NCBI GenBank assembly: GCA_001643675.2 | Contig: LSRY02000032.1 | Coordinates: 186,001 to 250,000, forward strand | DNA from: Monocercomonoides exilis PA203 | Lineage: Eukaryota; Protista; Preaxostyla | Direction of reading: 5' to 3' | DNA: 64,000 bases | Part shown: in pieces, positions 27,244 to 39,274 of the stretch | Numbering within the stretch: position 1 is the first letter of the stretch | How the letters are laid out: each line of letters starts with the position of its first letter | Notes under the pieces: generated by a model | Told to the model about the DNA's origin: nothing | The model's database searches: none | Seen by the model: the letters and a program-made list of their open reading frames with translations, nothing else | Made by a program: the position numbers and the translations under genes

Positions 27244-27960
27244 TCAAAGTGTCAATTGACAAACTCTGACGTCTTTCTCCCACAATTCTTCGAGCCCTGG
27301 AAAATAATCATTCACAAAAACATTCGCTGCAAGGAAATTGGATTTGCCTGAATGCAAATGAAGAGTAAACTTTGTGAATATCGCTTTTTCGGAACATATT
27401 TGAATTATAAATATATGTAATTCGTCTTCAATCACATATTTTTCAGTTTCCTTTTTTTCCAAAGATCTCTGAAACAACAGCAAACAACCTTCAATTATTA
27501 CTCCTTATTCTTGACCGATAAAACTTTAAAAAGTCTCCGTGAATCTGCAAACCATCCGACCATGCAAATCTCCAAACACCATATCAAAAATACTGAGCAT
27601 TGGTTTCTCTTCCACTTCGAAATTTTGAAAATGGATTCTTTTCACTGATCCGAACATCACAAGGCACGTTCCATCATTGTTTTCAACACATCTCTCCTCC
27701 AGTTTATGCAAATCATCATTTGTTTTGCAACGACATTCCTCCTCCTCCTCATCAATTAAATTGACAATTTTTTGTTGACCATCAAAATTTGTCTTTTTTT
27801 ATTCTTTGGAATGACGAGTATTATCTATAGGCTTTCTTTCATCTAAATCTTCTATATATTCATTGTCAATTGCTTCGTTTACTGCACATAACAAGCCATA
27901 TTAATCTTCATCAAACTCTTCGTCTGATTAGTCAGCGATGCTTTCCATCTCCATTGATAG
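27244..27960 (-). pseudogene. Decayed gene, possible OB-fold protein
   Basis: CLVMFGSVKRIHF...DMVFGDLHGRMVCRFTETF*...GVIIEGCLLLFQ has an OB-fold-like pattern (D..G.+.C); internal stops. Confidence 0.3.
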
Positions 27961-28340
27961 TGAGCTTGTTCGAAGAGTTTCAATGTATTTCAATAAATCT
28001 ATAAAAATATTATTTGAGCTTTTCTGGAAATTTCGTTGATCATTAACAAAAGGAATCAAACCAAATGCATTATTCATTCATTGAAAAAACTTAAATTCTT
28101 TAACTCTTTTGAGTTTCAAAAATTCGCACTTTGCTCAATAAAAATCTTTTATGGTGTTTCTGAATAATAAATCCTTTCAAAAACACATCACTAAAGATAC
28201 AAAGTGGGCAAGATCATCCAAAAAGTGTTTTATGAGGCAAACTGTGTCTGGATCTTTGATTGACAGAACTTATTTTTTCAGGAATACGTTTTCATCGACA
28301 TGGTTTTGCAAAATAATTCAAGAACAATTTGTTTCAAAAA

Positions 28341-28680
28341 TGACGAGTCACTTAAAAATGACGTCAGTGACGGGAAGTGCCAAAATAATCAAAAAAATGA
28401 CAAATGATCAAAAAAAGTGACGATCAAAAAAGTCCGCATCTGAAATATTCATCAATTTTTCCATAACGAAAATTTTTCGAAAGCTTTTTGTAAACAATTA
28501 ATTTATCAGCAAATAACAGAAATATTGTTATGAAACTGATAATATTTTCAAATATATAAAATGTGTTTGTAATCAAAATAAATAAATTTTCCCGTTTTAA
28601 AAAAATGACATTTAAATTTTAGATTTGTCAGTCACTTTCTAAATAAAGGCTCGTCACTGGCGGGGTGACGAGGAGGTTTA
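28341..28680. promoter_or_regulatory. TGACG/CRE-like motif cluster with an 8-bp GC hairpin, between divergent decayed ORFs
   Basis: TGACG or CGTCA at 28341, 28359 (TGACGTCA), 28368, 28418, 28652 and 28666; CTCGTCAC-N7-GTGACGAG at 28650-28672. Confidence 0.4.
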
Positions 28681-30589
28681 TAATAAAAATATTTGAAAAA
28701 AATAAAAAATTTATAAAAAAGTGCAATACTACATAAAAATGAAAGGATTTTAATAAATACCAACATTTTATTGAGAAAAACAACAAAACTGTAAATGTGG
28801 CCATTTTTGATCTTTTAAGGGTTGCAAATATAAGTTTTCCGACTTTTCAAAAAGAAAGTGCCACATAGAGTTATTATCGAAAGATTTTTCAAAAGTATAG
28901 AAACGATTTTTGCTGTTTTTCGACAAAACTGGCCATTTGATATTGACAAAATTGGAAGTTTTTTTGCTGTTGTAGCTTGTCTAACATATTTTCATATTTT
29001 ATTGAACCCACTAACTACGAGCGATATGGAAGCAAATCTACGTATTATCATAGATCTTCATGTTCAAAACATTCTATGACATGAAGCAAAACAAAGATTA
29101 AACGAACAATATCGAATTCGACTTAGAAATAAACTCAATCCAGATTCCTCACCTGCCTCCAGAAGCACATCCCTTCATGTTCAAGAAGTGGGACTGTTTT
29201 TTTATTTTTTTTTCTCAAATTTTTATTGACAATAATAATTCGATAAATTTTATTTTATTCAAACAAATGTCAATTATTGATATTTTAGAATCTTCTGATA
29301 TCGACGAAGAACGAGATATTCGAGTTTCTTCCGAAAAAAATGAAAATGAAAGAAAAGAAAAATTGAAGATCATTGAAAAAGAAGAAAGAAGCAAGAAAAT
29401 AATGAATGAAAAAGAAAAAGAAATTGAAAGTGAAGGTCAAGAAAAATTTTCCAAATAATGGCATTTACAAAATCAATGGAAATCGATTAGATCTTTCAGT
29501 TCTTTATCATTTGATTGTTTTTCTTCAATTTATCCTGCTTCTGCTTCTGTAACTCACCAGAAAGAAAAAAGAAGCACGCCCAGCATGTTTCAAAAGCAGC
29601 TATAGAGTCATAATTAATGATATAATTTTTTGTTTTTGAAGCACATTCACGCATTTTTGTTATTAACAAAAACAAGTTGTAAAAGATATTTTCCATTTTT
29701 GTTTATAAAATATTTGAAAAAAAATACTAAATGATATGTTAAAAGGTCTTTTTTATTGGAAATTGATGAAATTCGCAATTTGAACCGATGTGAATTTCAT
29801 TATTTCACTAAACAATTAAAATTTCCCCTCAGATGATTGAAAAATGCTTCGATTTCTGTGAATATGCTAAATTTGCTTTCTATAAATCGAAAAATGTTGA
29901 TTAACATAATAGAAAACACTAAAAATGAATACAAACGAATTTTGCCACTTGAACAGATTTAACAAAGAAAATCAACGTGGAAACTGATTAATTGAAACAT
30001 AATAAACGCACTTTTGAAATTTGGCAACACAATTTTTTCTTTCAACAAAGATATTCAAAAAGCAAAAAAAATGTTTGATCAACATGGAAGATTTGATAAT
30101 TTTTTAAAACGACAAAAAAAAAAGTTGATCCTAATTTGGAAAAGATGGATGAATTTTGAATTAAATTGTTCTTTGTGAAAATTTCGTGATGAATTTAAAA
30201 TTACATACTCAATTCAGAAAAGGTCTATTATTCTGAATAATCTTTTAATGAATAAAAAATACATCATTAAAAATGAAAAGAATTTCATTTTCTTTATCAA
30301 TAACAAAGAATTGATTAAATCTCTTTTTTCTAAGACAAACAGTTTTGAGCTTATTTTAAATTAAAAAAAAATACTTTTTGTGAGGATTTTGCCATAATAA
30401 ATTTAATTGTTTTAATCAAAATAGTTTTTCATCATCAAATAATTATTACTGAAAAATTTTCTTCTCTCTTTTTTGAAAACAGAATCGATAGATTATTAAA
30501 CATGTTTGGCTTTTTTGTAGCAAGATGATATTGTTGACTATACTGAATTCTTTAACGTTTATAACTTGAATAATCAAATCATTTACAAA

Positions 30590-32020
30590 ATGACTCATTG
30601 TAATTTCGGAAAAAGGAATGAAGGGTTGCATGTCAATCTACAAACAAAAAAGTTTCAAGGCATGCAATTTTGAAAAATTTAAAAAGAATAAACTAAAGAA
30701 ATAATTCTATGATGAAAATTTGTTTATCTAGATTTATTGAATGAACTGGAACATTGCAGAGAAGTTGAACAAATGCAGAAAGTCGAAGAGATGAATGGAT
30801 TAATTGATGAAATGAATAGAAAAGAATTCAAATCAATTTTCACGAAAGATCTATTCAATAAAATTCACCAAATGATTGAAGAAAAGAAATTATCATTAAA
30901 AAATGCATTTATTCTGTTAAAACAAGCGGGATACTACAAAATAAAAGCTAAAATAGACAATGATGAATTTAACAGATCTTTGCTGAGCAAAAGATATGAG
31001 AGGATGATTGTTACAGAAGAGATCAAAGAAGAAAAGAACGAAAAATTGTTGATGGATCTTTGCAAATGCTATATAATATTTTGCACATATTTTTCAGAAG
31101 AATTAACTCCAATTTATGTTCGATACCTTTTGAAATCTGCGTTGGAGAAAGGAGAAAGCAAGGAAATACAAAGAGAAGTTGAATTAGCTTTTCTGTCTTT
31201 GATAAAAACTGCTTCTCTTCAAGTTTGAATATTTTTTCTGAATTCTTTATATTAATAATAAAGTTGGTTCTATTTTTTATAGGAAATTGGAAAAGAATTA
31301 TATTTAAATCAAATGACAGAAATCATCAAGTATAATCAAGAACATCGCAATCTCACGCACCTTGCTTATCAATCTGCTTTTGAGTTTTTGATCTACAGAT
31401 TATATTACAATAATAGCTTGAAAGAAGTCATCGTAAATGATCTGCATTTTGTCAGAGAGGCGAGAAGAGAATTGGAAGAGCTGATGAAATGTGTGGATTG
31501 GAAGAGAGAGAAAGAAGAGAGAGGAAAAGAAGACAAAGAAGAGATATTATTATTGAAATGGCTCCAAATGTTGAGAAATTTTCTTTACCAATATCAATTG
31601 CGGAATGAAGAATATTCAGCGATTATTGAAAGCATTGTGCAAACATTTCTAGCAGCAAAGGATAATCACAGAGAAATTAGCAAGCAATGCATTTATTCCT
31701 TGAGAGGTGCAGCGGAAAGAAGAGAAGTGAAGATTGATGAGTTTTTGAAAGGAGATGCTTTTGGTGTTGTTTTGGAGGAAATTCAGCGGCCAACGTTGAA
31801 TGGTGAAATAACTTTTGAGTGCATTAAATTTTTAATGAAAATTTTTATTCGATTAAAAGAAAAGGACAGAAAATGCTTGAAAATGAAAGCGCTTGAAATG
31901 ATGGAGGAAGAAGGATATGAAGATACCATCATTAGCTTTCATAAAACTTTAGAGTTTTTTAAAGGAAATTATAATTATTTTTTATCATTGAATATTTCTG
32001 AATATTTTTTTGTTATTTAA
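30590..32020 (+). CDS. Lineage-expanded helical/ARM-like hypothetical protein (3 exons)
   Basis: Exons 30590-30659, 30732-31222 and 31283-32020 give KKFQDLLNELEHC...EEMNGLIDEMN...HRNLTHLAYQSAFEFLIYR...MEEEGYEDTIISF, typical of an abundant oxymonad family; the first intron is GC-AG. Confidence 0.75.
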
Positions 32021-32122
32021 CCAAATTCATTTCATTTGGTTTTGTAACTCAAAGGTTTTATTTTTCTTTTCCCATCACTTTGCTATTCAATAATCAGTTA
32101 TTTGAAGTTATTTTTGAAAGTA

Positions 32123-32123
<1 letters not shown>

Positions 32124-32193
<70 letters not shown>
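32124..32193. repeat. Compound (CA)n(TC)n microsatellite
   Basis: Direct reading. Confidence 0.95.
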
Positions 32194-32197
<4 letters not shown>

Positions 32198-32430
32198 CTC
32201 GCTCTTGCTCTTGCTCTCTCTCTCTTTCTTTCTCTTTCACTTTTTCTTTCTCTCACTCACTCGCTCACTCACTCTTTTTTTCCCCAATTTATTAATGAAT
32301 CAATCAATAATTTTTGGATAAGCTTTTTATTGAATTATTTTCTTATTTCCTCTGGACAAACTATAAGAGTAATGCAAAGCTGAGAAATTAAAAAAAAATG
32401 TATTTTTCTTAGCAACAGAGCCAATTAATT

Positions 32431-32626
32431 GAGATGGGGCAAAAATTATGCAATTATGATAATAACTGAAATTTGTTCCGAACTATTTCCGCAATCACAT
32501 CATTGTTAGTCTTCAATTGCTATGCGAGAAGAATTCAGAAGAATTCAAAAATTGAGAAAAATGTTAGAAAACACTGTATGGATTAAAATTCATAAATTAA
32601 AATATTTTGTCCAAGATATTTTGTCC
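32431..32626 (+). repeat. Dispersed ~200-bp non-coding element, copy 2
   Basis: 24-mer at 32542-32565 is identical to 15337-15360, with collinear flanking similarity. Confidence 0.7.
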
Positions 32627-33287
32627 TTATTCGCAAATAAAATTTCGTTCAATTGACTTTATAGTTTTTGAACATGTTCTTCAAAAAAGGCAAAAGTCAG
32701 CCGAAATGATTATCACATTTATTCAGACATATTATAAGAAAACAACAATAACGATAATGCTCATGATTAAATCTATATTTCAACAGATATCAGTGAAAAG
32801 AGAGTTTTTGTTGCTGAATTGCAATTTTTCTTTGTTTATTTACTTTGGCATGAATTCAAAAATTAAAAAAAAAGATTTTTGATTTTCTTTCATCTAATAA
32901 ACATCATTTTTAATTATTCAAAGTACTAATAAAAAAAACAAGCTTAAAGAAAATTGAATAAGATTATGCAAACGAAAAATTATCGAAAATCACTGATAAG
33001 CAATCTTTCTCAGAAACGAGAAGAATCTATCAAAACAAAAAGAATCAAGCCTAACACATAAAATAAAAACAAACAAATATTTCAAACAGCCAGACATCCA
33101 ACAACAAGAAGTGAAATTGAGAAATAATACTAACGACAACAATAATAATCATTTTGATAATAATAATAATAATCAAAGAAGAAGAAGAAGAAGAAGAAGA
33201 AGAAGAAGAAGAAGAAGAAGAAATAGAAGCAGAAAAAAATAGTTACAAGTGAAATGTCAATTAGAGATGTAATTATCCACAGTGTCT

Positions 33288-35314
33288 TCAGACCACCATT
33301 GAAGACTTCGGGCGAGTCGGAGAAGGGCCAACTCCGTCGTTTCCAGAGGGATACGCCGAAACAAGCGCAGAAGACGTGGGGCGAGGAAGAGGCGTCGCAG
33401 CCAGCGGGGCAAAAGGGGAGCTGGTGGCAGACGCAACAAGAGAAGGTGTGGCTGTGCCGGTGGGCGTGAGGTGTGGTGTGGAAAGGGCAGAGGCAGGATT
33501 TGGCGGCAGCATCGACGAGAGCGGGCGAGTGGGGGTGTGTTCTGGCGAGAGAAACGGAGTCTGCTGTTGGAACTGGCCAGGCGCATTTGCGGGGGACAAG
33601 AACGGTGGAGACACTCTGAGGGATGATTGATAAGGCGAATGAGAAGTATCTGATGAAAGTGTTGTCTCCATCACCCCAGCCGGATTCGTTTGAGGCGACT
33701 GCGATTGTAACTGTGAGCTGCCAGTTCCAATTGAATTTGCTACTGGTGATACCATCGATGAGGACGGGCGAGAACAATTTGGCGTTGGAGCAGCTGCGGC
33801 CGAAGCTGCAGAGGCAGCAGCAACATTGGCAGGTGTATACATTTGAGTGGGCTGCAGCAACTGCGGCGACGGTGCAGATGCTGGATGCGCCACGAGGGGA
33901 GAAACACGCCCAGACTCCGGTGTGGGTGGCTTTGAATTCGGGTCGACGAAGTTCTGCTGCAAGGCCGAGCTGGAAGAGTCAGAGGGTATAACAGCATTGA
34001 TGCTTTGCCCTTCAGACAATGGCTCGTCGGTCGGAAGAGCGTTGATAGCATTCGATCGACTGCCCGGTCGGAGCTGGGCGCGGAGCTGGTTTGCCTGCCT
34101 TTTCTTTTCTTCGTCTTCCCGCTTCTTGGCCAGCTTCCGCTGCTCTTTTTCTTTCATCTCCAGTTTCTTCATCTCTGATATCCGTTTGTTGAATGCCTTC
34201 ATTTCCACCGCAAGGATCTTCTTGTTCATCTCTTCAGCCTCTTCTCTCGTCTCGTTCAGATCCAAAAATGACGAATCCGCCGCGACTTGCGCGTGCGCCA
34301 TCGCTCTTTCAATGATGGTCTCCATCTCCTTCACCCGCTCCATGTCTCCTTCTGCACGCTTCACTTCCTTCTGTCGCGCAAGCTGTACAATTCGCTGACG
34401 CAGGCGCTGGGCAGCCTCAGCTTCTTTTGCTTTCGCGGCGGCTCTCTTTAATAATGAATCATTTTTTTTTTTTTTTTGAAAAATAAAAAATACAATATTT
34501 TGACAAAAATTAAAAAAAGAACATGATTGCATTTAAAACATTAATAAAAAAGTATCAAAGTCAAATTTGCATGCCCCATTTAGAAGAAATAAACCAAATG
34601 CAGAAGGGTTAGATATCACAGAATTGAATGATGGATAATCAAGAAGAACATAATATGGAACAGAAGGTGTTGTAGGAATAGGTGGAACGTGAAGTGGTTT
34701 TGGAGGAACAATAACTCCATCTGTAGAATACGAAAGATATGTCTTTTATATAGTTCAAAAGAATTTTTATTTAACAAATAAAGAAAAATATAAAACCTCT
34801 TTTCCCTCAACTGTAAAACCAGGCGGACAAAGATACATTCCCAGTTCTATATGTCCTGGCTCATCTTCGTGCTCATGAAATAATTGGAAAATTAATCGTT
34901 TTTCCTCTCTGTAAAATGGATTGATGGGGAATGTAAGCTCCCCAACCAATTCATTTGCAAAGCAAAACCCGCTATCCCAAACTTCTATGTGCACCTCTTG
35001 ATTGTCTACAACATCTTCAAAGCAATATCTTTCGAGAAATTCGTAATTTGTCACTTGCTTTAATGACTGATTGTCTTCGGTTTTGAGAGGAACTCCAAAT
35101 TTAGTCAATACTGTTTCATTTCCAAGCGTAACTGATTTATTTTTCAAATTTATTGTTTTTAGAATTTTCAACATTGGAATCAAAAAATGAAAAAAAATCG
35201 CAAACTGGAAACAAATGGTTTACGAAAAAATCCTGGCTCTAAATCCAAAAGATAATATACAGTCAAATAAAATTTTGTTGCGGATTGCTTTGGTTTAGAT
35301 TGCTTTTGCCCCAT
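33288..35314 (-). CDS. N-myristoylated C2-domain protein with coiled coil and Pro/Ser-rich tail (multi-exon)
   Basis: MGQKQSK start (MGxxxS); KPFVSITLGNETVLTK...VHIEVWDSGFCFANELVGELTFPI C2 motifs; coiled-coil exon 34445-33288. Confidence 0.7.
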
Positions 35315-35648
35315 CAAAATCGAGGCTAAGCGATAACACTTTGATCAAATAAAACCATATCATAGTTTCAAAAATTTCTTGGCATGACTAAGCCAATTAA
35401 AAAACAAACATATAAAGTGTAATGTTCGTAATTATTATTTTATTTACAGATAAAGCATTCCGTTTCACCAACAGATTGAGAAAAATCTATGAAAAAATTT
35501 TAGTAATAACTATCGCAATCTTATAAACTATAATTTTCTCATAAATAAAACAAATATATCATCAATAAAAATTAAAACATATCAATTCATTTCCAACATA
35601 TATCACATAAAAATTACCGTCTTTCAGCTTTTCAGTCGATATTGCTGC

Positions 35649-38162
35649 TTAAGACGGCTGGGAAGATGAAGAAGCTTTTTCATCCGAATGAGTTTCTTTT
35701 AAATCATCTGCAAATTCCTTCACCCAAGCTTCCTCAGCAACAGTCCTCTTATCAACTGCTGCTGTGGCATTGAACGCATTCACTGCCGCATTCACATCAT
35801 CCCCAATTATCTTTCTGAAGTCGTCAATGACGCTCTCCAGGTATTCTTTCACATACGGCATCAGAACACTCGACGGGTTGGCACGTCTGCTAACATGTGC
35901 ATAGGCAAACAGGATGAACTCGTCAACACTCGGAACACGCATCAGCCTTGCACACAGCAGCATAAACAGCTTGTGTGTAGAGAGTATTCTGCTGGACTCC
36001 TTGGGGATAATCCGGTAAAACCTGTCTTCCCACGTGTCTCCGCCTGGGAAGCTGTAAACAGGGCGGAGTGTGGCTGGGCAGATCGGCACGTGCTGCAGCT
36101 GAGGCAGTTTGCCTTCATAGTGCGCCCACTCAACCACAGGCTCCGGCATCGCCAGCGGCTCTTTCTCAATCAGCGGCAGCTGCAGATCCACTGCGGAGAG
36201 CTTCGGATCAGCCATCTGCAAGTAGTGATACACATTCGCCAGCGGAATCTCCTTCACATGCTTCGGCAGCATCGACAGAACTTTCTCTATCTGCTCATCG
36301 TCTGCAGGCCCATCCAGTGGCACCAGCGGCAGCTGATAATCGGGGTGAGTGTCAAACAGTTCTTTCTTCACATTCTCCTTGTTGATGATAACTGCCTTCT
36401 GCACCAGGCCTTTTGCCAGCGACAGCACATGCTGCCTCGACGTGCGCTTGGACAAGCTCAGCAGCTGCATCGCGACGCGCGTCCTTTTAAAGAAGTACAC
36501 AATCTCCTCAGGCACAGGGATCGACGCCAGCTGCGCCAGCTTCATCAGCTCCTCCACGTGGATGATGTGCGCCCGCAGCGTGTCTGCCTCAGGCGGAGGC
36601 GGGTGGGTGAACATTGCCGAGCACAGCGTGAAGAACACAGCCGCATCGAGTCGCAGCGGCGTCGTGACAAAGCCAACCAGCCCTGTCAAGGACGCTGCTG
36701 TCGTCCGGTTTCGCAGACGCCACAGCATCTGCTCTCTCAAATGCACCTTCAGCTCCTCCAGGAACGGCAGCTCACCTTCCTCCACCAGCAGCCATATGCA
36801 GGCAAACCACAGGTCCTTGTTGCCCAGCGCTTTCCCGCCGGACACCAGCTTCGACAGCGTCCAGTCTGCTGCTTTTGCGTGCGACGGATGAGCTCCCAAC
36901 GGCAGAAATCCCGCAAGCGGCCGCCTCGTCAGCGGCGATTTTGTGATGGGCCTGTTGAGCTCCTCTGCTTCTCTCAGCGCCTTCAGAGAGATTGGGTGGT
37001 CGACGTGCGAAATCAGCAGCTTTTTGAAGTCCTCGTTGTGCAGCGCGTTCAGCGGGCAGTCGATCAGCATGTCTGTCAGCCTTTTCTCCTTCCCAACAAG
37101 CAGCGGTTCGTCGGGTGCGCAGATCATAATGGCCGGGTCTATCTCGTCGTCGTACGTGACGGGGCACTGGAACGTCGTGAGCTTTCCGCCGGAGGGCGTT
37201 GACGAAGATGACGGGTCGAGGATTTCTGTGTCGCTGACTTCCACTGTGGCAACAGCCTGTGCGCGAGAAGCTCTTGTTGAGTTGATTTCCTTGGAGTTGA
37301 ACGTTGTCCTCAGACCACCATCAGAAAGACGGATCAATGTCTGGATCATCGACGCAAATGAATCGGGACACATATATTCACTAACGATTGTTCCTCCAGC
37401 TTTATATGCTTCTTCCATGTTTCCCCTTGACAGTGCTTCAAGTAGTTGTTTTGAAGCATCAGAATCACTTTTTGAAAATGTTTTAGCAATTCTGTTTTGC
37501 ATTGCAACGAACTGATTGTGAAGAGTCTTATCTCCAGTTGTTCCTAATGTGCGAGATACCAACGCTCTCGAAATTGCGTCATATTGTTGTTTAAGTTCCT
37601 CAAAAGTGCTTATTGAATCAACATGATCCAGCAAAGCTTGATCTTCTTTTGAAACCTGAAGGGATGGTGCAACTTGCTCGTGTGGAGTATTATCAGAAAT
37701 CTCTATAACAACAGATCCATTATAACGATTGAATGGGCACGAAACAGACACATTTGTTCCATATTTTGAGATAACATAAGTTGTTGTAAAAAAAAATGAC
37801 ATCTGATACGATTTGATCAATTTGTCACATTCGTCAATCTCAAATGTTCCAACTTCTCCATCTGTAATTAAAATAAGATGATAATCTTCACAATTTTTGA
37901 CTTTTTCATGTAATCCTTGAACAATTTGAGATGGCGTTGTTCCACCACCTCCTCTTTGCGCTTTAAAAAAACCCAGTGCTTCCTTTTCGCTAACAAATTT
38001 TCGTGTGTGATTCCAAAACAAAATAACATCTGAATCTTGGTAATTCTTTGTAAAAATATCGTTTACGTGATTGTAATAAAAGTCTCCTGTAGTTGATCCG
38101 GAGATATCAATCGCAAAAATGTGGGGCTGCAACTTTCCACTTTTGCAAGATGCTATTTGCAT
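35649..38162 (-). CDS. Intronless vWA-domain protein resembling baculovirus/bracovirus P94
   Basis: MIDAS elements DISGST, GGGGTTP, LILITDGEV. Downstream blocks FQCPVTYDDE.DPAI, DCPL, SPLTRRP, LWRL, TLRAH and ICPATLRP follow the order I recall for P94-like proteins. Confidence 0.7.
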   Translation of the reverse strand: MQIASCKSGKLQPHIFAIDISGSTTGDFYYNHVNDIFTKNYQDSDVILFWNHTRKFVSEKEALGFFKAQRGGGGTTPSQIVQGLHEKVKNCEDYHLILITDGEVGTFEIDECDKLIKSYQMSFFFTTTYVISKYGTNVSVSCPFNRYNGSVVIEISDNTPHEQVAPSLQVSKEDQALLDHVDSISTFEELKQQYDAISRALVSRTLGTTGDKTLHNQFVAMQNRIAKTFSKSDSDASKQLLEALSRGNMEEAYKAGGTIVSEYMCPDSFASMIQTLIRLSDGGLRTTFNSKEINSTRASRAQAVATVEVSDTEILDPSSSSTPSGGKLTTFQCPVTYDDEIDPAIMICAPDEPLLVGKEKRLTDMLIDCPLNALHNEDFKKLLISHVDHPISLKALREAEELNRPITKSPLTRRPLAGFLPLGAHPSHAKAADWTLSKLVSGGKALGNKDLWFACIWLLVEEGELPFLEELKVHLREQMLWRLRNRTTAASLTGLVGFVTTPLRLDAAVFFTLCSAMFTHPPPPEADTLRAHIIHVEELMKLAQLASIPVPEEIVYFFKRTRVAMQLLSLSKRTSRQHVLSLAKGLVQKAVIINKENVKKELFDTHPDYQLPLVPLDGPADDEQIEKVLSMLPKHVKEIPLANVYHYLQMADPKLSAVDLQLPLIEKEPLAMPEPVVEWAHYEGKLPQLQHVPICPATLRPVYSFPGGDTWEDRFYRIIPKESSRILSTHKLFMLLCARLMRVPSVDEFILFAYAHVSRRANPSSVLMPYVKEYLESVIDDFRKIIGDDVNAAVNAFNATAAVDKRTVAEEAWVKEFADDLKETHSDEKASSSSQPS

Positions 38163-38444
38163 TGATTTTTATAATTTTTGTCCCAGAATAAACATTTACC
38201 ATTTCCATTTTCACTTTGTATTTAAAATCGTGTTCAAATTAAAAAACTATATAACTAGAGTTAATATTAATTAAAATTATATGCTATTTAAATAGAATCA
38301 TTGCTGTAAGAAAAAAATATTGATACAATAATTACAGTTCCATAACAATCCTCATAAATTACTTATGGAAAAATGTTATTCAAGATATCAAGTAGGGGGC
38401 CACTTAAAATTTAGATGCAGATAAGATGCTTCCACTGATTGTGT

Positions 38445-39227
38445 TCATCTTATTTCTTGTTGATATTCTCCGAGTTTTGACGTCAAAATTATCTTTCTTT
38501 CAGCAGAGGCTTCTATATCCAACAGCACTGGATCGTCTTCATCGCAAAATCCGTAATATTCATAATCAACAAGCTGGGATAACTCCTTTCTCGTCTTTTT
38601 TTTGGTCTCCGCCTCTAAAAATAAATCAATAAAATTTAACCCACAAAGATATTTAAAAAAAACCTTGCTTATCAAGCAACTCTTTTACTCCATCAAGATT
38701 TTTTGCAGCTCCAAAAAATCTTACAACATAATAATAAATAACAATTTGTAAATATTCATTCAAACTTGTACTTTGGAGGCTCCAGACTTTCAAGAAGATG
38801 AGGCCCTCCGAGATCAAGTATCCTTTTTTCCCACTTCCATTTTTCTACTAGAAGCTTGTTAATTGTATCATTTAATTCACGAATTCTATGTTCTCCAATG
38901 CTTTCTACATTTGAAATTCAAAAATTTTTGAAATATAAACAAAGAATAAAAAAATTCTACCATTCTGAATTATTCCTGTCTTTTTTGAAATTTCTAATAT
39001 AACAGATTCCCTCCAATGTTGTGCTTTCGCAAGATCACTGCATTCTTCAATGCTAAATGGTCGAGTTTCTGGCTGAAGAAGTTGGCGTTCTTCAGCTTTC
39101 ATTTTGAGGAACCTGTTAAGCATTGCATTAGCTTTCTGTGTTATTGATAATTTTTTAAAACGGAAATCACAACGAAAAAGCTGAAAAAAATCAACATCAT
39201 TGAGAAAACCTCTTCAGATCTTGCCAT
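38445..39227 (-). CDS. ISY1: Pre-mRNA splicing factor ISY1 (multi-exon)
   Basis: MARSEE|KANAMLNRF...ECSDLAKAQHWRESVILEISKK..IQN|ESIGEHRIRELNDTINKLL.EKWKWEKRILDLGGP...YYGFCDEDD. Confidence 0.92.
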
Positions 39228-39274
39228 CCTAAATCAATTTAATAATGTAAGAGATCAAAAATAAAAGCTTGAGA
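39228..39274. promoter_or_regulatory. 47-nt gap between divergent ISY1 and SAC1 start codons
   Basis: ATG at 39227 (-) and ATG at 39275 (+). Confidence 0.5.

Noticed and set aside
28650-28690. Helitron 3' hairpin
   Set aside because: No CTRR terminus at the expected distance and no Rep/helicase remnant
35895-37202. 435-aa antisense ORF
   Set aside because: Shadow of the GC3-rich vWA gene on the opposite strand
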